From assembly GCA_964016885.1 (NCBI GenBank), contig OZ024741.1, positions 311,302,001 to 311,366,000 on the forward strand: a stretch of DNA of 64,000 nucleotides, in the 5' to 3' direction. The stretch comes from Eledone cirrhosa. Lineage: Eukaryota. This document shows, in pieces, positions 49,625 to 62,596 of the stretch (position 1 is the first letter of the stretch; each line of letters begins with the position of its first letter). A program made the position numbers and the translations under genes. The notes below the pieces were generated by a model. It saw nothing but the letters and a program-made list of their open reading frames with translations. It had not been told where the DNA came from and made no database searches.

Positions 49625-50583
49625 AACTAGACATGAAAAATGCGCAAGCTCAAAAGTGCCACAGAATGTTATAATAAACCTTCAAAAGTGTGGGACTAGA
49701 GTTGTTGCTAAAAAATATTGTAATCATTATATATCGTACATTCTGTGGCATCCTTTATAAAAATAGCTTAAACCAACGAAGCCTTTATTTTTACGCTATT
49801 TCACTTAGTTAATTCTTAGAGTGTAACATATAAAAATAAATACATCTATGTTTAATGTAATAACAGCTATAAATAATTACGTAATATTATTATCATATAC
49901 TCATAGTAACAAAATAATTGTGTTGAAACTTAATATGATGCTTATATGAACGATCAAATCTATAATGATAATTTCTTAAATATACTAATAGTAAAATAAT
50001 TTAGTTATCTATTGTTACATTTTCATAGAACTATAATATTAACAATCGTATTGCATTATCAAATTTTTATCACTACAAACTTTCATATTGGAATTACCTT
50101 AAGCCACTTATTATTACTTCGCTTTCGTACTTTTACAGCTGTAGATATTGCGCTGTATCTTATATCTAATATCAATATCTCATGGTAATTTGCATGAAGT
50201 GTAAAATAGGTTTATTAATAACTTTAATATGAAATGTATTATACAGGGCTGCGGAGTCGGCCAAAAATTGACTGGCTCCAACTCAGGATCCGATACTCCA
50301 TTATTTCCTAAATTTCAGCTCCGCAGCTCTGTTATTATATTAATTAATTTATTTTATAGTTGTAAATCATATTTTTATATGTTACACTCTAAGAATTAAC
50401 TAAGTGAAATAGCGTAAAAATAAAGGCTTCGTTGGTTTAAGCTATTTTTATAAAGGATGCCACAGAATGTACGATATATAATGATTACAATATTTTTTAG
50501 CAACAACTCTAGTCCCACACTTTTGAAGGTTTATTATAACATTCTGTGGCACTTTTGAGCTTGCGCATTTTTCATGTCTAGTT
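49625..50583. repeat. Foldback element: 214-bp inverted repeats (49625-49838 / 50370-50583), 531-bp AT-rich spacer
   Basis: The arms read as exact reverse complements by eye. Outer ends aactag...ctagtt. Confidence 0.9.
50244..50331. mobile_element. 88-bp hAT-like MITE
   Basis: TIRs CAGGGCTGCGGAG / CTCCGCAGCTCTG. 8-bp flanks gtattata / ttattata. Confidence 0.7.
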
Positions 50584-50725
50584 ATATATGTATGTATTTA
50601 AAGACGAAAAAAAAACGGTATTTTTAACAGATATTACTTGAATATATTATTTTCCGCTGTTATTTGAATTAACACAGAAAATATTTTTTTTGTAGTGTTT
50701 TTTTGGATACAATCTGAAATCCCAA

Positions 50726-53700
50726 TATTTTCTAAATATGTCTAAATTTAATTACACCTAATATACATTCATATAAAGAGATCATTAAAAACAACTTTAC
50801 TGATTTGTTTCTATTTCGGAAACAGTGTGTAATAATTGTTTCTAATTTTGGCATAAGGCCAGCAATTATTCCAGTGCATTACTGGTACTTTATTTTATCG
50901 TGTGGTGTGTAATAATATCACTTCAAATGCCTAGAAAACGTTCCAGATCATTATATGGAAGGTCGTCTTCAGAGACTAAGAGAAAGATAACTCAGCGATC
51001 TGAAGAAAGTGAAGAAGTTCGGCATGCCCGTCTAACTGCTAACAGAGCCCAAACAGCTTTAGCACGAGCACACCGTTTGGATGAAAGGGAACAAAGGACT
51101 GCTGCTACACGAGAACAACAAATTAAGGAACAACAGCAAATCAGACGAAATGATAATCAAGCACATCGTTCTACTGCTCAAGCAGGAGAACAAGCCACAA
51201 GTAAAATGAACTGGCTAATGGGTGCTTTTCCTTATGACCTCCAAAAGGACTACTGCAGTAATCCACAAATCAACATTGGGAAAATGAACAAATGCTGCCA
51301 GTATTGTGGTGCCAAGAAGTGGGCAGCAGAAACACTAAGTCTATGCTGCTCAAAGGCAAAGTGAGCCTTAAAACAATACAAGAAACTCCTGAATTTCTGA
51401 AGAATCTGCTCTTTCGGCATACATCAGAAGCACAACACATCAATAAATACAACATAAAATATAATTCTGCTTTTCAAATGACATCTTTTAGGGCTGTAGG
51501 AATGTCACTGACTTTAGATTCTGTACAACTTATAAAATTCAGGGACAGTGTTACCACTTAATGGGCGGCCTTCTGCCACTTTCACAGGAACCTCACAAAT
51601 TTGTGCAGGTTTACTTCATGGGTGGAAATGAAACACAGACACAACAAAGATGTACCAATGTCCATTGTGGATTGCAATTCTACATAGTCATAAAGTTACA
51701 AGAAATGATTCACCAACATCACATGTACGTCAGTGTATTTAAATATGCACTGGAGCATTTTATCAACACCAGAGATCGTAAAATCATCATTAGGGAAGAC
51801 AAACCCCCAGCTTCAGAACATGAACGCAGATTCAATGCACCTGTCACTGATGAAGTTGCAATCATAATGGTTGATGAACAGCATGAACGACGTGACATTG
51901 TTTTGCAAAAACGAAGTGGACATTTGAAGCGAATTTGTGAAAATCATAGAGCCTATGATTCACTCCAATATCCGCTCATCTTTTGGAATGGTCAAGATGG
52001 ATATCATTTTCAGCTACGGCAGATCAGCCCAGGAAAGGGACAAGAGACTGGCCGATCAATCAGCTGCAGAGAATTCTATGCTTATCATTTCATGGTACGT
52101 GACCACTTCACCCAAGTTCTGCAATTCAAAGAAGTAACCAGCCAGTTCATGGTGGACATGTATGCCAAAATTGAAACAGAAAGATTAGGTTTTCTGCGAA
52201 GGAATCAAACTAATTTGAGGGCAGATAACTACATCCACCTTAGAGATGCCATCAATTCTGATGTTGACTCAAAAAATATTTGCCAGCCAATCATACCACC
52301 ACGAAGCTTCACGTGAGGACCACGTTACATGCATGAACGTACGCAAGATGCAAATGCCTATGTCAGAAAATTTGGTCGGCCAGATCTCTTCATTACATTT
52401 ACATGCAATTCAAACTGGTCAGAAATATCAAATGAATTATTTCAAAATCAAAAACCAAAGGATCGAGATGGTCTCATTGATCGGGCTTTCCATGAAAAGC
52501 AAAAAAAGACTCATCTGGCTCCTAAAAGAAGGAAGACACTTTGGTGAGCTTAGTGCTTGGATGACCACTATTGAGTGGCAGAAGAGAGGTCTTCCTCACT
52601 CTTACACACTAATCTGGTGCAAGGAGAAGATAAGACCAGATGATGTTGATAAGATCATTTCAGCAGAGTTGCCTGATAAAGGTGTTGATTCAGAGCTCTT
52701 TGAAACCATCAAGTCCAAACTCATTCATGGTCCATGTGGAGTCATCAATCCAGCCCCTCCCTGTATGAAAGATAAAAAATGCAGCAAACATTATCCTAGA
52801 GTTTTTATTCGGGAAACTCTGACAATAATGGATACCCCGTTTATCGTAGGCGTAGATCAGAACATGGAGGCAATACGGCAAACCTAACAGTTCGAGGAGA
52901 TGAGCTGACCATAAACAATCAGTGAGTCGTCCCACACAACACATTGTTGTGTAAACTTTTAAAAGCTCATATCAATGTTGAGTATTGCAGCTCCTTCAAG
53001 TCAATCCGATATGTCACAAAATATATCAACAAGGGCAGTGACATCGCTACCTTTATTACTGACAAAGAACTCAATGATGGTGATCTGGATGAGGTCAAAC
53101 GGTATCAAACCGGTCGAAACATTTTCAGCAATGAAACTATCTGGTGAATCTTTGGAGTGATATCCGCCAACGCCACCCAATAGTGGTCAATCTCGCAGTC
53201 CATCTGGAAAATGGACAGAGAGTGTTCTTCACTGAGATCACTGCTCATCAGTTGGCACAAGCATCACATAACACTACACTAACTGCTTTCTTTAAACTCT
53301 GCCAGAATGATGAATTTGCTCGATCACACCTATATGCTGAAGTCCCAACATACTACACCTGGACCGATTGCAAGACCAGGAATCGAAGAAAGCAGGGTCA
53401 TTTAGTGGAAGGTCATGAAGTCAAGTCAAGTCATGCTATTGGGCGTGTTTACAATGTCCATCCCAACAACAGAGAATGTTTTTATTTACGGCTACTTCTG
53501 CATACTGTTCGATTACCAACGTCATTTGAGGATGTTAGATGCTTGAGAGGAAGGGAGTGCGCAACATACCAAGAAACATATAAACAGCATGGACTCCAGC
53601 ATGACAATGGACACTTGAATAAGTGCCTAGAAGAAGCAGCAATCACTCAAGTAGCCAGTCAAGTAAGACAATTATTTGCTATTATGCTCACAGCATGTGG

Positions 53701-56366
53701 AATTGATGAACTCATCTACTCTGGCAGGAGTACAAAAACAACATGTCGGACGACTATCTACACCTAGCCCGAAGATAACATGGCAATATGTATATGGAAT
53801 ATACCCCCAATCAAGCTCTCTGTGACCTGTCCCATCGAGATCAGGCAATGAAGAGCACATTAGCTAACTGCGGGATGCCAGAGCCAGATGAATAAATGGA
53901 GGTGGCACACGACATTTTTCAGGAGACAAACTACAATATTCAATAATTGCGTAAGTTTATGGATGAAAATGAAACTCGATTGATGGATGACCAGAAATAC
54001 GCCTACCACAACATCATCGAAAACGTTCAAAATTACAGGGGAGGACTTTTTTTCATCGATGCTCCTGCTGGCACAGGCAAGACATTTCTCATAAACCTTC
54101 TGCTTGCAAAAGATCGCCAAAAGCAACGTATTGCCCTTGCTGTAGCTTCAAGTGGCATTGCAGCAACACTTCTGGATGGAGGAAAAACTGCACACTCCAT
54201 GTTTAAGCTTCCCACAGATCTCACACGGCATGAACAATCTTTTTGCAACATGAAGAAGAACTCACCCAAGGGTAAGCTTCTGCAAACATGCAAGATGATA
54301 ATTTGGAATGAAACTACTATGAGCCATAAAGGAGCAATTGAAGCTTTGGACCGGACGATAAGGCATCTGAGAGAAAATAGTTGCATAATGGGAGGAGTGA
54401 CAATGGTTCTTGCTGGTGATTTCAGACAAACTCTACCCGTAATTCTCCGAGGGACTCGTGCTGATGAGGTTAATGCCTGACTGAAAACATCCTATCTCTG
54501 GCCCCACTTTCAACTTCTGAACCTTACAAGCAACATGCAAGTGCAGTTAACTGGTGCCCATATTCAGTTGCCATTTCGCCATATCCTTGACACAGAACAG
54601 GGACTGATTGCCAGAGTATTTCCAAACATTCAGACCAGGCAATGTGATCCGAAATGGCTCTGTGAACGAGCAATCTTAACACCTAAAAATGTTGCTGTGA
54701 AAGAAATCAACAGAAGGCTGCTGGAGATGTTACCGGAAGAGAAAGAAATATGCTACAAATCAGTTGACACAATCACTTCTCAAGACCAGGTTGTAAACTA
54801 TCCAACTGAATTTTTGAACAGTCTTGAACAAGCGGGAAATCCTCCACACAACCTGGTACGGAAGCTTGGAGCATCGGTTATGCTACTTCGCAATCTGAAT
54901 CCTCCAAAGCTTTGTAATGGCAGAAGACTCATCATCAAAAATATGAGGTCCAATGTTCTAGAAGTTGCAATCATGGCAAGACAATTTGCTGGTGACAATT
55001 GTTTCATTCGCAGAATACCTCTGAAGCCAACTGATTTGCCATTTGAATTTCAAACACTTCAATTTCCGATCAGGCTCAGTTTTGCCATGACCATTAATAA
55101 ATCTCAAGGGCAATCATTGAAAGTCGTTGGGTTGAATCTGGCAGATCCTGTCTTTTCACATGGGCAACTCTATGTTGGCACAACAAGGGATGGGAACCCT
55201 GAATGTCTCTTGATTGTGGCATCACAGGGCAAACGCAAGTACCAGATGCTTTGGAATGAGCAATATGGTAATTCCTACTTCAATGACAATACACACACAG
55301 ATCCCAATTCCTTAGTTATCTAATTTGCAACGAATTCCGAAGCCGCAAATTTACTGCTTGGTGTTGCTTTGGAAGAATATGCAGGCATACCCCGGTACCT
55401 CTGTAATATTAATGAGGACTTTGTTGCGTCGAAATAGCAGCCAATATTCCTTCAAATCCCACCTTACTTTCTTAGGTATGTATATATGTATTAGCAAAAT
55501 CCATTTCAAATCACAAAAAACTGTCTTACACACATACATGTGTGTGTATGTATCTATGTATGTCATGTGAGCCATTATACCTGTTGGTATAGCTAATAGA
55601 AATAGAAAGCAAATCTCCCTCAAACAAGATCCTACTGCCATAGAGGCAAAGATTGGTGAAAGCTACAGTGTACAAATTTAAATACACTTTCTCCGAATTA
55701 CAGAAATGAGTAAGTAAATGCTTCATTCAATCATAAACCAATGCTAAATTTATTTTCTTATTTTATAGTGAATTGGCAGTATCGGTAGAGGGTTGGACGC
55801 CATGCTTTCTAGCATAGTTACGTGCCTTTACAGTCTGAGTTCAAATCCCGCCGAGGTTAATTTTGCCTTTCATCTTTACGGGGTCGATAAAATAAAGTAC
55901 CAGTAATGTACTGGTTAATTGCTGGCCTTGTGCCTAAAGTAGAAACAATTATTTTATTTATGGTTTTTAAAATAGTCTTTACATGTTGTTTGAATTTCAG
56001 AGGTTCAGATTGAGCACAAAAAAGAAAAAAAAATGTAAGAAGTAAGAAAGAAAAGGTTAAATAAAAAAAATCTAAATGTATTTTTTTGGTCATGCCCTGA
56101 CAACATACCCAATGATTCATCTATGAGTAAAGCATTATATATGCTGACTGTAATAAGGAGCAGTATTCAAAAAATCAACACTGGAAAAAACTAATATCTT
56201 TATCTAGATGACTTACTTTGACCAAACGTCAATAAATATTCTACTATAATTCCTACTTTGGTTAAAATTCAGCAATCATATTTGAATGGTCAAATATTTT
56301 GTAATATGTGCCAAAAATATTGTAACTTTCATAAAATACCCGGGTATCACCGGCTAGTTCAGCTAG
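50726..56366 (+). mobile_element. Helitron copy 2, 3' part; near-complete canonical RepHel pseudogene about 50927-55258
   Basis: YDSLQYPL, QFMVDMYAKIETERL, Rep I PDLFITFTCN, Rep II IEWQKRGLPHSY, Rep III YVTKYINKG, DAPAGTGKT, GDFRQTLPV, TINKSQGQS, FSHGQLYV. Multiple frameshifts. 3' end ccgggtatcaccgg...CTAG at 56363-56366. Confidence 0.92.
55767..55959 (+). mobile_element. Nin/Deu-domain SINE inserted in the 3' region of Helitron copy 2, with ttattttat TSD
   Basis: Absent from the homologous site in copy 1 (about 34995-35005). Confidence 0.8.
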
Positions 56367-56686
56367 TACAGGTATAAATGAGATATCAATAAATTTAAGA
56401 TTATGACAAATGAATGAATCTGAATTCGACTATTGAATAATATATTGATACACTACATTACACAGAGAGATTATATTTGAATATAATCTCCCGGAACCAT
56501 ATGCAAGTGACACTCACTGATATTCTTACATTTAGCGACAACAAATAAATTATGTATATATATATATAGGAAAAGAATCAGGACCCCGACGACTGAGCTC
56601 CGACCGCTTCGTCAGCTAGCTCGGGACTCCATCTGGTATCTTACCACACCTTTATTCTTATATATATATACATGTATATATATATA

Positions 56687-59636
56687 CAAGGTAACGGACC
56701 TTGTGGGCCTATTTATAATTAATTCGCTGCATAGAAAAATACCAGGTGTAACCGGAGGATTATATCGTGATGACATGCTTTTACTTATTGAAAATAATAA
56801 CTATGAACTAAATAGAAAAAGAAAACAAATTATATAATTTTTTAATTACCCCAATCTAAAAATAGAAATAGAGAATAACCATAGAATAGTCAATTTCCTA
56901 GATGTAACACTAACTCTCAACACATGTCTTCACTATCCATTTCACAAATTAAATGAGAACTTGAATTATGTCAATTTTAACTCTAATCACCCCAGATCTG
57001 TTAAAAATACTATAGTGAACTCTGTTCAAGAACGAATTTAAAGAATTTCATCTAATAAAAATATTTTTGACGAAAAAGCGCAGTATTACAATGAAGCGTT
57101 AGCTAGAGCAGGATATAGTGATAAAATTAAGTACATCGATAATAATAAGCAAACTAACCAAAATAATAACAATTTTAATTACGGTAACAACATTAACAAC
57201 TATAATAGAAAACATTACAATAATTCCAAAAGCCGAAAAAGAAATAGAACTAGAAATATAATATGGTTTGCCCCCACCCTCCTTTTTTTTCACTAAATAT
57301 TAAAACCCATATTGCTAAACTATTCTTTAATGCGTTTGACAAACGCTTCCCTAGAACACATAAATATCACTCAATTTTTAATAGACATACTATAAAATTA
57401 ACTTACTCGTCCACCAAAAATTTAGCACAAAATATTAACAGAATTAACAATAGGAATTTAAAACCTAACCAAAATACCAATAATAACCCAAACAATATTC
57501 AATTAAATAACTGTAACTGTAGAAATAAATCTAACTGTCCGTTAAATAACAATTGCTTAGTTAAAAATATAGTATACAATTGTAATGTGAAAACTAACTT
57601 AAATTCTTTCAACTATGTTGTTTCCACCTCGACAGAATTTAAACTTCGCTTCAATAATCATAAGAATTCTTTCACAGATCCAAACAAAATATCCTCAACT
57701 TCGCTATCAAGCCTACTCTGGCAACTTAAACGAGATAATGTTGAGTATTCGATGGTTTGGAATATTGTCTCAAGAGGGATTCCTTTTAATTCCTCATCTG
57801 AGACATGTGATCTCTGTGTGGAGGAGATATTCTTTATTTTAAAATCCAAAAATTCCCTTAATTTAAGGAGCAATTTATTCAGTTGCTGCAGACATAGATT
57901 GAACTCAACGTTTAAATATAAATATAAATTTAAAATGTAGTATAATTAATTAAGAAATTTAATTAATATATGAAACCTGACGATGAATCTTTTGATTCCT
58001 TCACCTTTTTCTTTTTAAACCTTCTTCATAAATATAAACAAAGATGTAATTAAACTACACTAAAATGTATATGCTCCCAATGTATTAAATAATTTTTTAC
58101 GCAAGATAAATTTCTATACTAAATATAAGAGCATCCGTAGAATCACTGGGTCTTCTAAATCTTTTAAATAATTTTTGTTAAATAATTTTTGTTTTTTATT
58201 TGCTTTTTTGACTCTGATTGCTTCTAAAAGACTTTGCAATATATTGTCTGAAAAAATTGGAAGGATAGATTTCTGTGGTAAATATATGAAGCATATTGTC
58301 TTTTGGCCTGAGATACTCTATAGTGTGTTGAAAATATTTTAGCGTTTTGATGTTTCTGTGCTGATATATTGATATTTGATTATCTCTATACAAAGGCCGT
58401 ATGTGGATTAACATGCATATAGAAGGCTTATAGAGTTTATGTTATGTGTTCATGTGTCTGTATGTGTGCATAGAGATGCTGGAATACTCACGCAGATATT
58501 TTGTATATACATATATGTATATATATAGCTATAGTTCTGTATATGTTACAGATATGCATAATATTAAATACATGAACGGTAATCACATATATGTGAGGGC
58601 ATGAATATTAATCGTTTATTTTTTTATGTATATATATGTATAGTGAAATTATAGAGTTGTTCACGTAAAGACATGTGTATGTCTATATTATTGACTAGAG
58701 CTAGACAACTTTCTCTTTTTCTTTTTTCAGAAAGTACATATACGTGTATATATATACATATATATTTCCGTATTTTTATAAATAGGGTTTTTTGAAGGTT
58801 TATCTCAGATTTTGGTACATTGACCTCAGAGTTTTAAACTAAACATATGGTCATTATTGAACAAAGTTATTTTCTCATATTATATGTCTCATTCATGAAT
58901 ATTGATATTTACATTCTATTATCCATTTAATATGAATTGATAATTCAAATTGATATGACATGACGTAAAGATATAACTGTATCCTTCTCTCTATATATAT
59001 AGCTATTTCTCCTCTCTCTTTATATATGATGAAGTATTATGTATCTGTCGCTTTGGTTTTGCCTCTCATATTTCTCTCTTATTTCTCTCTTGTTTTTTCA
59101 CTTCCCCCTATCTAGTTATATTTTCCCTCTCTCTCTTTCTTTTCCTCCCCCTCTCTCTCTCCGTTTTCTCTTTATCTCCATTTTTTCATTCTCTCTGTCT
59201 TTTCTCTAAATGTGCTTAACACTATAACTAAATAATTACTGTACTCTCTCTCTATATAGAGTACTCCTTCTCTCTTGAATCTCTCTATTTGTATGGTGAA
59301 TTATTATTATTTATCTGTTGCTTTTTTCACCTCCTCCTTCTTTCTCTCTCCCCTCTCTCTGTTTTTCTTTACCTCAGCTTCTTCTTTTTTTCTCCGTCTT
59401 TTTTCTAACTGTGCTTAAAACTATAACTAAATAATTATAAACACTTCACTACCAGGGCAGCCTCCTAATTTAATGGTCGCTTATATTATGGTACGTCAAA
59501 ATTATTTATAAAACTGTTTATATATTGTATTTTATCTGACGAAGGCATGCCATATTTTTAATATGGTATCCCTGAAATATGTATAATGAAATAAATATGG
59601 TTTTATAAATATAGTTTCCATTTGTTTAATATCGTA
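56687..59636 (+). mobile_element. 5'-truncated Penelope-like element (RT C-terminus + GIY-YIG, Naiad-like Cys pattern); degenerate ORF to 57940, long 3' UTR, (TA)n at both ends
   Basis: GLYRDD, VNFLDVTL, SNHP, IIWF.PP, IFNRHTIKLTYS, CNC.....CPL...C, IVY...YV..T...FK.R...H, CDLCVEE, CCRH. Confidence 0.85.
59528..59593 (+). ncRNA. Minimal type I hammerhead ribozyme at the PLE 3' end
   Basis: Stem I TATTTTAT / ATGAAATA. CTGACGA at 59536-42. Stem II AGGCATGCCATATT-ttt-AATATGGTATCCCT. GAAA at 59574-77. Short stem III ATA-tg-TAT. Predicted cut after AUA at 59585. Confidence 0.7.
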
Positions 59637-60223
59637 CATATATATATATATATATTCATAACATATTCATTCATAAATTAAATTATATCACCGAAGGGAA
59701 AAACTTACTTTAAATGTGGAATGTTGATATTAAAATGTTGGAATTGAAAGGAAACGCGACAGCGGCCACACAAGTTAAATATATACATGTACACACAAAG
59801 CAGCCATTAAATATATACATTATACTTAAATCTTTGTTATTTTCTCCACCATTTTAAAAACGATTTTTTGCTGTACGTATTACACGGTTGTTAAGCTATC
59901 ATTCCTTATATATAATCGCTTGGGTCGCTAGTCTAACACCCTATATGCATTGAGCAAATTAACCATCTCTATACTGGCTCGTAATCTGCATAAGTAAACA
60001 CCTTTCTTTCCTCCGGATTATCGTACTTGCCCTTTTTTTATATGTATATATAGGAAAATGTATGACCCTGACGGCAGAGCTCAAGCCGTTTAGACAGCTA
60101 TTTCTGGAGATGTAATAGTTATTGGGACGGTCTGTATATTTTCTGTATTTTGCGTTAAATTTGTCAAACCAACATGGTATTTCAACCCTCGTAATTTTAG
60201 ACACACGATTTACTGTGTTTATT

Positions 60224-60258
<35 letters not shown>

Positions 60259-60261
<3 letters not shown>

Positions 60262-62596
60262 AACCAGTAAGACCCCGACGGCTGAGCTCAAGCCGTTTCG
60301 ACGGCTAATTCTGGACTAAATGAAAATTTATCCTGCTATTTAAATAGCCGATCTTCTCAAGGGGTAATTCCATATATGGGCAAAGTGATTGTCAAAAGTC
60401 AGTAGTAATTCTGTGATTGCAAATTAGTAGGGGAGATGGTGGCTAAACTTGCCAGTAGGAGAAAGAGGGGAGGGGGTGGAGTAGACCCAATCAAGCGTTG
60501 GTAGTGCCAACTACAGCTGGGCATGAGGTCAAAGAAGATACTGGGGAGGGGGAGGGGGAGGAAGTCGGAACGGTAGGTAGAACAATGAGGGGTAAATATA
60601 TATATGAAAGAAAAAATACTGAGAGTGAAGAAAAGCGAATAAGTGTAAAGAAAAAAGTAAAGCAAGTTCTACGACCTAAGTCTCTAGCTATTGTTAGGCT
60701 AGATAAATGAATAAATAAAGAAAGAAACAAGTAAAGAAAGAAATAAAGAAATAACGAAATAAGTAAATGAACTAGGTGGGACGGTATAGGCAAGGACCCT
60801 TTTAAGAGGTATAAGTACGTAAATCATACGGTGACAGGTCAACAAAAGGGGCCAAAATACTAAAGAGACTACCACGAAATAAATAACAAAGGTTTCTATC
60901 CCGGGCACAATGCCAGCAACCACCCAGTGCAGCAAAGTAAACTAGTACGAGATAATAATTCTGAGTCCCGGAAAAAAAAAAAATATATATATATACTAAT
61001 GCTAACTCTAAAAGATCTTAAACAAGCTACATGAAAGTTCGTACGAAGTAAAGGTAGAATACGGAAAAATAAATTCAGAATCCACCCCGCCCAAAAGAAA
61101 AGCGAAGAAAGAAATACTGAAACGAGAAAATAAGGCCACTAAGAAATATAGAAGGCACGGAAAATAGTGGGAGCGGTCGGAAAAAGGGGGCAAGTATCCG
61201 GGTCTAAACCAACTGCTATAAAAAGCGGAGTCCGCCAAATCTATCATAGACTAGGGGAGGGGGTGGGGGTACTAAGGCTACAAGGGGCCAAAGGGCAGCC
61301 TCGGGTGGGCGAGAAAAGACGCCGACAAAGAAGAAGAGCTGGGGTAGAAGGACTAAGGAGGGATTGGGGGTAGGAAATAAAGGAAGCGATAAAAGAATAA
61401 AAAGATCTTACGTCTCCCTTGGCAAGCAGGGGTTACCCATTGCAAAATCGGCAAGTGGGGTGTTATAGCCCTAGTCTACCCCCCGGGTCATTATGGAGTT
61501 TGAGGGCGAGGTAAGTCCTACGCAATCTATGTTTACATACAGTAACCAGTTCATCTTTCTTGTTTAGGAGTGGTCTGTCGAAAACAGCATTTGTAAAGTT
61601 TCCTCCGAGGATAAATTGCACGGACGGCGTCCTCCCGTGTAAGAATTGGCTCTGGACAGTAATCTCCAAGTGACATCATAGGTGATGTTGTTGTCCTTGA
61701 GGTCCCATATGTGGCCCGAAAGTGTAGTGGCGTGACGCCGGGCCGGGTTTCGGAAGGTTTGTCTATGTTGGTGTAGCCGTGTCTTGAAGTCACATGCGGT
61801 AAGTCCTATATAGGCTTCGTTGGAGGTATCCGTCCTCACGTTGCACTGGTAGATCACATTACGGTCTCTGCATCTATTGCCGAGTGGGCAAATGGATCTA
61901 TCCGGACAGTTACACCTCCTGGTCGGTTCTCCACTGCTATTTAGGTTATTTCTGCCATCGGGTTGAGTTTTTTGTTGTTAGAGGAGACGATGTTTTGTGC
62001 GAAGTTTGGTGTAGTGCTGTAAGAGAGTTTGATGGTATTTTTGTTAATTATGTTGTGGTAGCGGTGTTGTAGTGGGAAGTGTTTTTCAATGAGCCTAAAG
62101 AATAGTTTCCCGATGAGAGTTGTCACCTCTGCGTTGTGGGGAGGATTGAACCATGTTACATTGCGTGAGCGGCGGTGTCTCCTGCTGGTTCCGCTAATGG
62201 GAGCTGGACAGTAGGATATTTCCTCCCGGAAACCACTCCGCTTGAGGGCCTGGTTGTAATAAGGCGCATGTTCATCGAATATCCGCTCATTAGCTGACAA
62301 ACGGGATATGCGGAGGGAGATGTTTTTGACCAGGTTGTTGGTGATGTTCCTAGTATGGTTTGATCGGCGGTCGATGTAGTGCAGGTTGTCATTAGGTTTC
62401 CTGTATGGATAGTACAGGTCGTTTTCGAGGTCGAGGGTCACGTCCAGGAAGTTTACTCGGGTCAGGGACGTTTGTAGGGTTATTTTAAATCCCCAGTCGC
62501 GGACGAAGCTGATTAATTGTTTCCGGACCCGATCTGTACTACTGGGGTTGTACCCTTTAAGGGTAAGGAGCCCATCATCACGGTACAATCCACCAC
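60259..62596 (-). mobile_element. Penelope-like element (second, GC-richer family), 5'-truncated at GGLYRDD; coding remnant about 61463-62596
   Basis: LYRDDGLL, VNFLDVTL, WFNPP, CNC...CPL...C, VIY...AYIG, CKHR. Degenerate hammerhead at 60271-60365 next to (TA)n. Confidence 0.85.

Larger units (their letters stand above)
37676..50725. mobile_element. ~13-kb composite insertion into Helitron copy 2, flanked by a 21-bp direct repeat
   Basis: tattttctacatatgtctaaa (37655-37675) and tattttctaaatatgtctaaa (50726-50746). The homologous site in copy 1 (31698-31718) has one copy and is uninterrupted. Confidence 0.75.
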
